13,159 nucleotides of DNA from a bacterium (GTDB taxonomy: Bacteria > SZUA-182 > DTGQ01 > JAFGSM01): assembly GCA_049472355.1 (NCBI GenBank), contig JBLIRP010000096.1, forward strand, positions 1-13,159, written 5' to 3'. Numbering within the stretch: position 1 is the stretch's first letter; every line of letters begins with the position of its first letter. Both the position numbers and the translations under genes were made by a program. Positions 1-6,398 of this stretch are shown in pieces. Below the pieces are notes generated by a model, which was not told the origin of the DNA, made no database searches, and saw only the letters and a list, made by a program, of their open reading frames with translations.

Positions 1-3000
1 GTCAACGTCATCGCCGGATGTTTTATCGATTCGTTCTATGATTGCCGGCAGGAATATCCTGAAGGTTGTCCCTTGTCCCGGTTCAGTGATGACCTGTATC
101 CACCCCTCGTGCTGTTTGACGATTCCATAGACGGTGGAGAGCCCCAGCCCGGTTCCCTCCCCCTTTTTCTTGGTGCTGAAAAACGGCTCAAAGATATGCG
201 CCTTGACCTTGCTGTCGATTCCGGTACCGGTGTCCTCAACCGAGAGACATACAAACCTTCCCGGCCTGGCCAGGGGGTCATCCCTGCAATCCCTTTTTTC
301 CAGCATGATGTTTTCCGTCTTTACACAAAGTCTCCCCCCCTGCGGCATCGCATCCCGTGCATTGACCACGAGGTTCATGATGATCTGTTCGATATTGCCC
401 TGGTCCGCCTTGATATTCATCAGATCGGATGACATGGTGGTAGAAAATTCAATGTCTTCCCCGATGAGGCGCGTGAGCATCTTGGTCAGGTCGTTAATGA
501 CGGAATTGAGGTTCAACAGGGAGGGCTCGATCGACTGCTTGCGGCTGAAGGCGAGGAGTTGCCTGGTGAGAGATGCGGCCTTCACCGTTGCCTTCTTTAT
601 CTCTTCGACATCCTTGTGGATCTGTCGCGTGTCCTCGGACCCGAAGAGCATGAAATCGCAATATCCCATGATGGTTTGAAGAAGGTTGTTGAAATCGTGG
701 GCAACGCCCCCTGCCAGTCTCCCCACTGCATCCAATCGTTGGGCATGGTGAAACTGTTCTTCCAGGCACTTTTGCTCCGTTATATCGATTATCGAACCGA
801 CGATCTCCAGCGGTTTCCCCTTTTCATCGCGTATCAATCGGCAATCATCGTTCAGCCAGCGGTAGGTGCCGTCCTTGTGAAGGAAACGATAATTTTGGAC
901 AATGATTTCCTTTTCAAGGAGATCATCGAGGTTACCCATGACCATGGAGAGGTCTTCCGGATGGATGTGATTGAAACGGAACTGCGGATCAAACAGGAAC
1001 TCCTTCGGGGTATACCCGAGCTGTCGAAAGATGTTTTCACTTACATAGGTCGGTGCATAGCCGTCGGAGGCCTTTGTGGTATAGATGATCGCCGGATTCG
1101 CCCACAGCAGGTATTCCTGCCGGGTCTTGGATAACGAGAGCTCCTCTTCCGCCTGTTTCCGTTCCGTGATATCCCTTCCTGCGCCCACAATGCCGATAAC
1201 TGCGCCGTGCTCATCAAGAACGGATTTGAATGCCCATGCGAGCCACCTCCATCCGCCGGGCGTGTTCCCGCGATGTTCCAGGGAACAGGTATAGGGATGC
1301 CGGTGGAGTTTTTCCATCGCCCTGAGGGTCGCAGTCCTGTCTTCCTTGTGTACCATGGGAAGAAATTGTTTGCCGCGCAGGTCCTTTTCCGATTTTCCAA
1401 ACAGTTCACAGTATGAGGGACTTATAAACAGGAATTTGCCCTTGCAGTCTAATTTGACCACCAGGTCCGTCTGGGTCTCGACGAGCAATCGATACTTCGC
1501 CTCGGACTCCCGCAGCGCCTCCTCCGCATCCTTCAGCCTGGAGATGTCGGTGACGATTCCCAGGATGGCCCGGCCTTTGTCGTAATCGATCAATTTCGTG
1601 GTGAGGATTGCATCGATTCGTTTTTCCTTCCTGGTGATAATGCCGTATTCAACGGGAAAGACCTCTTCCCCGTTCATGTGCTGTTTGAAATTTTTCTTTA
1701 AGGCATCCCGATGCTCGGGGGCGATCAGGCAAAAAAAATCAAAGGCGGCTGCATAGAACTCCTCCCTTTTATACCCCAGGATCTCTTCGCATTTCTTGTT
1801 GATATAGATGATCCTTCCCTGCTTGTTGATGAAGATCATGTTGGGGGAGTGCTCGGCGAGGGCCTTGAACTTTGCCTCGGAATCCCGCAGGGCGTTCTCC
1901 GCCTTTTTGCGCTCGGTGATATCGCGGATAAAAACAAGCCCTGCCCTGCGGTCATCGTAGCTCGTGACGCTCACATTGATTTCCACGTCTCGTGCTTGGC
2001 CGTCCCTGTGCACGAGGATGGTTTCGAATCGCTGTTCATCCTCCTTTCCCGCCATGAAGCTCAGATACAGGGCGCGAATCTTTTCCAGTTCGTCGGGATG
2101 GACATAATCGGTGAATGGTGTGCCGGTCAGATCGTCTGCCTGAGCGCCCAGCAGATTGTCTGATTGGTGATTGATAAATTTGATTGCATTGTCCTGCAGG
2201 ATACAGATGCATTCATTGGAGTTTTCGACGACATTGCGATATTTTCCCTCCGATAGCTGGAGCGCCTCTTCGGCCTGTTTCCGCTCTGCAATGTCGATCA
2301 CCGTTGCCGAGAAAAACAGTGGCGTGCCTGCGTCATCCTTGATCATTCCCGCATTCATGATGACCGGAAAGGTGCTCCCATCCTTCCTTGTATGCCAGAC
2401 CTCCTTCCCGGTGTACCCCTCGTTTTGCATGATCTCGATGCTCAACCCGGTGCCGTGCCCCTTCTGCTTAATGGTATGGAGGATGGAGAAGGGCCTGCCG
2501 AGGATCTCCTTCGTCGAATAGCCGTGCATCCTGGCAAAACATTCGTTCACGTAAATGAGGTTCCCATCGAGGTCCATGATCGCATTTCCGTGGTTGGCCT
2601 TGTCCGAGATCGTCTTGAATTTCCGTATCTCCTCTTCTGCCCGTTTTCGTTCAATGACATTGGAAATGACACCGCCTATGAGTTTGAGCAGGGATATGGT
2701 CTCGTCGGACCATTCCTTCTCGTGTCTGACCGAATCAAAACCGACAGCCCCCATGTATCGTCCGGCAAAGAAAAGGGGAACGGCGACCACCGATTGCACC
2801 CCGTATGACCGCAATTCCCGCTTCTCAGCCTGAGCCTCTGCCGGGAGATTGGCGACACGGGGGATACGTATCACCTCGCAATCTTTGATCTTCTTTGTTA
2901 TCCAGGGGAATGCCTCCAAAGGAATGTCCTTAAGCTTGCGGTTTTGGGATCTTATACCCCTTGCGCACCATTCGTGGGTGTTCGTGATCCTTGTGCCGTC

Positions 3001-3645
3001 TTCCGAAAGCAGCATGACGTAGCTTCTGTCAACACGGGCAAATTCGCCGATGATCTTCAGGGCTATGCGAATCCCTTGGTCGATCTCCTCGTACGCAAGG
3101 CTGATGAAGTCCAATGATATGGCGGTGATGAGCTTCTCCAACTCGTACCGGTACCTCAGTTCCTCCTCGTTTTTCCGATGTTCGGTGATATCCTCGTAGG
3201 TGAGGATCTGTTTTCCGTCCTTTAATCCGACCGCCCTGAAATGGATGACCTTGTCATGTCCGTCCTTACATCGAACGTCGAAGGTGCGGTCCTTGATCTC
3301 ACCGCTTGCAATCCCTTTTGCAAGGTCGTCCTTCCAGATGCCAACCACCTGACCGCGGTATTTCTTATCCGGATATGCCTTGGAAAACCAGGTCTTTTTA
3401 TTTGGAATGTCCTCACTGGTGTACCCGAAGATCTCGGTGAATCGGGGATTGAGATACTCGAATGTCCCGTCTTGGCGCATGATGGAAAGACCGAAGGGGG
3501 CATCCTCGGCCAGGGTTCTGAAGCGCTCCTCGTTTTCCCTCAGGACCTGTTCCGATTGGTTCGTAAACCCCTGTGGCTGCCCATGGCTGGTGTTATCATG
3601 AAGGGGATGTCGGTTGATCTGCGTCGTCCCTTTCGCCATTCTCAT
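1..3645 (-). CDS. Multi-sensor PAS/GAF histidine kinase, probably hybrid; 3'-partial (runs off the left edge)
   Basis: Manual translation of the minus frame is open from ATG 3645 (alternative ATG 3639) to position 1, and the nearest upstream in-frame stop is at 3712-3714. Order: PAS (AEDAPFGLSI...EDITE), GAF (ARVDRSYV...THEWC...VGFDSV), five more PAS/PAC units ending DIAER, DITER, DISRL, DITER, DITEQ; H-box RLAGGVAHDFNNLL (His at 697-699); N-box EQIIMNLVVNARDAM; G1 VEDTGTGI; F IFEPFFSTK; G2 GTGLGLSTVYGIV. The ORF track misses it because there is no stop in the window. Confidence 0.96.
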   Translation of the reverse strand, partial: MRMAKGTTQINRHPLHDNTSHGQPQGFTNQSEQVLRENEERFRTLAEDAPFGLSIMRQDGTFEYLNPRFTEIFGYTSEDIPNKKTWFSKAYPDKKYRGQVVGIWKDDLAKGIASGEIKDRTFDVRCKDGHDKVIHFRAVGLKDGKQILTYEDITEHRKNEEELRYRYELEKLITAISLDFISLAYEEIDQGIRIALKIIGEFARVDRSYVMLLSEDGTRITNTHEWCARGIRSQNRKLKDIPLEAFPWITKKIKDCEVIRIPRVANLPAEAQAEKRELRSYGVQSVVAVPLFFAGRYMGAVGFDSVRHEKEWSDETISLLKLIGGVISNVIERKRAEEEIRKFKTISDKANHGNAIMDLDGNLIYVNECFARMHGYSTKEILGRPFSILHTIKQKGHGTGLSIEIMQNEGYTGKEVWHTRKDGSTFPVIMNAGMIKDDAGTPLFFSATVIDIAERKQAEEALQLSEGKYRNVVENSNECICILQDNAIKFINHQSDNLLGAQADDLTGTPFTDYVHPDELEKIRALYLSFMAGKEDEQRFETILVHRDGQARDVEINVSVTSYDDRRAGLVFIRDITERKKAENALRDSEAKFKALAEHSPNMIFINKQGRIIYINKKCEEILGYKREEFYAAAFDFFCLIAPEHRDALKKNFKQHMNGEEVFPVEYGIITRKEKRIDAILTTKLIDYDKGRAILGIVTDISRLKDAEEALRESEAKYRLLVETQTDLVVKLDCKGKFLFISPSYCELFGKSEKDLRGKQFLPMVHKEDRTATLRAMEKLHRHPYTCSLEHRGNTPGGWRWLAWAFKSVLDEHGAVIGIVGAGRDITERKQAEEELSLSKTRQEYLLWANPAIIYTTKASDGYAPTYVSENIFRQLGYTPKEFLFDPQFRFNHIHPEDLSMVMGNLDDLLEKEIIVQNYRFLHKDGTYRWLNDDCRLIRDEKGKPLEIVGSIIDITEQKCLEEQFHHAQRLDAVGRLAGGVAHDFNNLLQTIMGYCDFMLFGSEDTRQIHKDVEEIKKATVKAASLTRQLLAFSRKQSIEPSLLNLNSVINDLTKMLTRLIGEDIEFSTTMSSDLMNIKADQGNIEQIIMNLVVNARDAMPQGGRLCVKTENIMLEKRDCRDDPLARPGRFVCLSVEDTGTGIDSKVKAHIFEPFFSTKKKGEGTGLGLSTVYGIVKQHEGWIQVITEPGQGTTFRIFLPAIIERIDKTSGDDVD

Positions 3646-3674
3646 GTACCCTGTGCGATCATACCGGACTGCAT
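3642..3674 (-). CDS. Putative 10-aa leader peptide (MQSGMIAQGT) overlapping the kinase start
   Basis: GGAGG (3684-3680) lies 5 nt before ATG 3674. Its TGA (3644-3642) overlaps the kinase ATG as ATGA. Confidence 0.35.
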   Translation of the reverse strand: MQSGMIAQGT

Positions 3675-3758
3675 GTATTCCTCCATGCCCATGGCAAGGG
3701 GAGGTTCGATTTCAGTGCGGAACCGGAAACATAGGTGGTTATGATGTTTTATATTTAT

Positions 3759-3800
3759 TTTTCGTCATTTTCCGTATTTCCGTCCTTTTCTGTATCCGTA
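3759..3800. repeat. Degenerate 9/18-bp tandem repeat upstream of the kinase; possible regulator-binding sites
   Basis: TTTTCGTCATTTTCCGTA (3759-3776) vs TTTCCGTCCTTTTCTGTA (3777-3794), 15/18 identical, followed by TCCGTA. Confidence 0.5.
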
Positions 3801-3874
3801 TACATATATCCACAAGCCGTTTCTAAATTGATTTATACTAATGAAGCATACATGAAATTTATCAGGAGACTTAA

Positions 3875-3967
3875 AGTGGCCCTTTGGGAGCCCCGTCTGG
3901 CTTTGATGCGGTAATACCTTTCTTTGTAACAGGAATCCTTCTTTTTGATTGCAGCCCATGCTATTTC
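3875..3967 (-). pseudogene. IS110-family transposase internal/C-terminal fragment
   Basis: Translates to EIAWAAIKKKDSCYKERYYRIKARRGSQRAT, matching the IS110/IS116 C-terminal pattern (E.AWAA...K..Y....Y.R...RRG.K.A). No start codon and no other part of the gene. Confidence 0.7.
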
Positions 3968-3983
3968 GAAAAAGGGGGTACAG

Positions 3984-4052
3984 TTATAGCAACCTTGCTA
4001 TCTCCTCCAGGCTCTGGCATTTGTAAATCCTCGAAGCCAGGTTTTCTAACTG
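3984..4052 (-). pseudogene. C-terminal remnant of a DUF4351/Rpn-type protein
   Basis: QLENLASRIYKCQSLEEIARLL* resembles the C-terminal helix pair (QLE.L...I....SLEE...LL) of DUF4351-bearing Rpn/transposase-like proteins. There is an upstream in-frame stop at 4059-4061. The match is short and judged by eye. Confidence 0.45.
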
Positions 4053-4223
4053 ACATTCTTACTGAGCAATCCCCATCCCTCATTGAATCTGCATTCCGTC
4101 AGGGGCACAAAAGGTATAGGGGAGGGGTATGTCGATCAGCAATACCGATTCACCTTTGAAACCGAGGGCGATTATTACATTCTTCGCAAGGTCGGGAGTC
4201 ACGATGTGATTAAAAAACCCTGA
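4050..4223 (+). pseudogene. 5'-truncated RelE/YafQ-superfamily toxin
   Basis: LTFLLSNPHPSLNLHSVRGTKGIGEGYVDQQYRFTFETEGDYYILRKVGSHDVIKKP* has the HPSL, YRFTF and R.VG.HD motifs of RelE-fold mRNA interferases. It is preceded by in-frame TAA at 4047-4049 and lacks the N-terminal ~25-30 aa. Confidence 0.75.
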
Positions 4224-4392
4224 TGCTTGCACCCTATTTACAAACCCCGTGCAGGTTCACTTTCGGAATATTTCCCAGAACCATCTTAATCCCTACGGGT
4301 ATAATCCTGTTTTTTCTATCTATGGCCACATATCATTGCAGCGAAGGTATTGTCGCTGCCCAGGCACGCCGGCCCCTTTATGTGTCAACCCT

Positions 4393-5343
4393 TCATGACC
4401 AGATTGTATGCGAGCCGGTTCTTCGCAATTCACAGACCACCCCCCGGTGATCGGAAATGGTGTCCGAGAGCACCTGGTAGGTGATGAAGTCCAGATCAGG
4501 GGAGACCAGGACCCAATCAAGGCGTCTTTTCAGGAACGGGAACGTGTCCATTTCCGCACCCTGTGGGTTGTACCCCTTCAGGTTGCACTGTTGGGCAAGT
4601 ATGTGCAGTGCGGATTCCTCGGTGGACCACTCGCAATTGAAATCTCCCATGATGATCATGGCCCTGTTGCGTAATGACAGCATGGTGATGAGATCGTCGA
4701 TTTGTCTTTTTCGAATGGATTTTCGATAACAGTCCAGGTGCACGGAAACAATATCGATCTCCATGGGAGGATTGCCCGGCCATGTCATGGTCGCAATAAT
4801 GAATCCCTTGGAAAGGGTTGGTGGTGAGGGGTTAAAGGTGACGGAGATCAGATCGTGAAGGTCCACCATGGAGAGCAATGCCGTTCCATACGACATCTTC
4901 TTTCCCTTGACGTGTTCCCCCCTGATGGAATAGGAAAAGCCGGCCTTCTCGGCAAGATATTCAACATGGTTGAACATGCCGCTCCATAAAGATGATCCGT
5001 CGGCCTCCTGGAGTGCTATTATATCGGGCTGCTCCCGCTTGAGAACATCGGCGATGTCATCCAGGTTCGCCTCGATCCTGTTTTTCCGGATTCTTTGATT
5101 GGGACTGTTATATCTTCCATGGGCGATGTTCAGGGTCATCACCCTGAGCGATTGTCGTTGTATGCGGCCTGCATATGGTGTCGGCAGGGCAGGTGAGGCA
5201 TGTTTCATGACATGCGGCCGGGTTATTCGATCTCCGCTCATTTGTTGAAAGAAGCGAAAGGCAGAGGGTACCATCATCACCATCAATGAAGAGAGGGGGC
5301 TATTGAATCTCTTCCCGCGTGGCCATCGAAGGGGCAATCTCAT
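4393..5343 (-). CDS. Endonuclease/exonuclease/phosphatase (EEP) family protein
   Basis: 316 aa with motifs MTLNIAHG, IALQEAD, VHLD, IMGDFN, RLDWVLV and SDHRGV. GGAGG/GAGG lies upstream of ATG 5343. The ~65-aa N-terminal extension leaves the true start uncertain. Confidence 0.92.
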   Translation of the reverse strand: MRLPLRWPRGKRFNSPLSSLMVMMVPSAFRFFQQMSGDRITRPHVMKHASPALPTPYAGRIQRQSLRVMTLNIAHGRYNSPNQRIRKNRIEANLDDIADVLKREQPDIIALQEADGSSLWSGMFNHVEYLAEKAGFSYSIRGEHVKGKKMSYGTALLSMVDLHDLISVTFNPSPPTLSKGFIIATMTWPGNPPMEIDIVSVHLDCYRKSIRKRQIDDLITMLSLRNRAMIIMGDFNCEWSTEESALHILAQQCNLKGYNPQGAEMDTFPFLKRRLDWVLVSPDLDFITYQVLSDTISDHRGVVCELRRTGSHTIWS

Positions 5344-5454
5344 CCGTTTCTGACCTCACCCTCCATTGTTTTTGTGCCAGATCATCAAAAGGGCTGTTAT
5401 GTATTTAATCGGTTTAACCACCCTTTTTTCTCAGATAGTAATTGATTAATACTC

Positions 5455-5592
5455 TGTCAGGCGGGGCCCGGCGGAGCACCAACCAAACTTTGTCAGGCGG
5501 AGCGACAAAACTTTGTGAGGCGTAGCTATTATGGTGCCTTTCCGGTCATGTAAAGGCCCCGGAACTTCGCCCAACCAAGCTTTGTCAGCCGG
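5455..5592 (+). repeat. Cluster of four REP-like repeats (consensus AAACTTTGTCAGGCGNAGC)
   Basis: Copies at 5455-5478, 5485-5503, 5508-5526 and 5577-5592. CCAACCAAACTTTGTCAGGCGG (5479-5500) vs CCAACCAAGCTTTGTCAGCCGG (5571-5592) is 20/22 identical. Confidence 0.7.
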
Positions 5593-5719
5593 CGTGAAGC
5601 GGGGATACGGTAATTATTGTGCGGTTTCTCAGGCGAATATGGAGTACTTCCCAATAGATGCGGGGGAATAGGGAACGCCGGATACCATGTGAGTAAGGTT
5701 TTTTATGGATGGATGATGC

Positions 5720-5757
5720 ATAAGGGCGATACACGGGGATATAAGGGCGATGCACGG
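5720..5757. repeat. 21-bp-period tandem duplication
   Basis: ATAAGGGCGATACACGG (5720-5736) vs ATAAGGGCGATGCACGG (5741-5757), 16/17 identical. Confidence 0.8.
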
Positions 5758-5797
5758 ATGAGCGGATACAGATCCACACGTTGCGTACGTTCCGAGG

Positions 5798-5950
5798 GTG
5801 ATCAAATATCCCCGTCCTAAAGGTGCAGGCCACCATGAGGTGTAAACCTGCATATGACGAGGATTGCCTCAAGCAATCCCTTCCCTGACACGTCGTGCGT
5901 ATCCTTTATGCTGAACGGACAGGGAATCACATTAAGGCCTGCCGGGCAGG
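5798..5950. ncRNA. Candidate structured non-coding RNA or cis-element (unassigned)
   Basis: Nested complementary segments: GTGAT/ATCAC, TCCCCGTCC/GGACAGGGA, TAAAGG/CCTTTA, TGCAGG/CCTGCA with inner CACC/GGTG, GGATTGC/GCAATCC and CCTGC/GCAGG. No convincing ORF. Confidence 0.3.
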
Positions 5951-5981
5951 AAGATACGATAGGGTTGCCATGGTGCCTTTA

Positions 5982-6299
5982 TTACTTTACATGCATGACA
6001 CAATTCCGTGTCCCGAACGAATTCGACGCCTTCTCCACTCCCGGGACCTCATCAACCCACGAGCCGTCCACATAGTATTTGAATTCATAGCGTCCGGGTG
6101 CAAGCTGAATGCGCGCCTTCCATTCCTTGCCATTATCGTGTTTCATGGGAAGTGAATGGGGGTTCCATTTGTTGAATTCACCAACAAGGTAGACTTCTTT
6201 TGCATTGGGTGCATTCAGGCTGAATTCAACCATTTTTTTCTCGCCCTTTCCTGAGATACCCTTCTGGGTGCTGACCCTTTTCTTACCCGTGGTTGCCAT
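5982..6299 (-). CDS. Stand-alone glycogen-binding / isoamylase early-set (CBM48/AMPK-beta-like) domain protein, 105 aa
   Basis: VEFSLNAPNAKEVYLVGEFNKW...WKARIQLAPGRYEFKYYVDGSW...SNSFGTRN is the typical CBM48-like pattern. A strong SD (AAAGGAGGAG) precedes ATG 6299, so the start is moved from the ORF-track position 6383. Confidence 0.9.
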   Translation of the reverse strand: MATTGKKRVSTQKGISGKGEKKMVEFSLNAPNAKEVYLVGEFNKWNPHSLPMKHDNGKEWKARIQLAPGRYEFKYYVDGSWVDEVPGVEKASNSFGTRNCVMHVK

Positions 6300-6373
6300 G
6301 ACATCTCCTCCTTTAGGATGTAGATAGGGATTAGTGCCTGGGGTGGTCCCCGGTACGGTTCGGTCCGTTTTTT

Positions 6374-6398
6374 TCATCACCATGAGGCATGGTGATGA
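6374..6398. repeat. Perfect 11-bp inverted repeat in the leader of the CBM48-like gene
   Basis: TCATCACCATG-AGG-CATGGTGATGA. Confidence 0.75.

Noticed and set aside
73..3744. Many plus-strand and short minus-strand ORFs over the kinase
   Set aside because: Antisense or out-of-frame shadows of the long kinase gene, with no recognisable motifs.
4338..4359. GCAGCGA/TCGCTGC hairpin as the EEP terminator
   Set aside because: 7-bp stem with no adjacent U-tract on the minus strand; too weak to call.
3765..4450. ORF-track ORFs 3765-3959, 3884-4159 and 4223-4450
   Set aside because: The recognisable protein signal lies in other frames (IS110-like, DUF4351-like and RelE-like remnants); these ORFs have no motifs.
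5365..5380. Sigma54 promoter (TGGCAC on the minus strand) upstream of the EEP gene
   Set aside because: No TTGC at the -12 position.
5455..5592. Repeat cluster as a CRISPR array
   Set aside because: Repeats are degenerate, spacing is irregular (about 4 to 50 bp) and there are no cas genes in the window.
5585..5872. Short ORFs in the EEP-CBM48 interval
   Set aside because: No recognisable domains or RBS; several overlapping frames with repeat-derived sequence.
5798..5980. 6S RNA, tRNA, cobalamin or c-di-GMP riboswitch
   Set aside because: Only isolated words match (AGGGAA, GGGTTGCC). The core consensus elements and expected geometry are missing.
6368..6398. Hairpin as an intrinsic terminator
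   Set aside because: The T-run lies 5' of the stem on the + strand (an A-run after it on the - strand), so neither orientation has a downstream U-tract.
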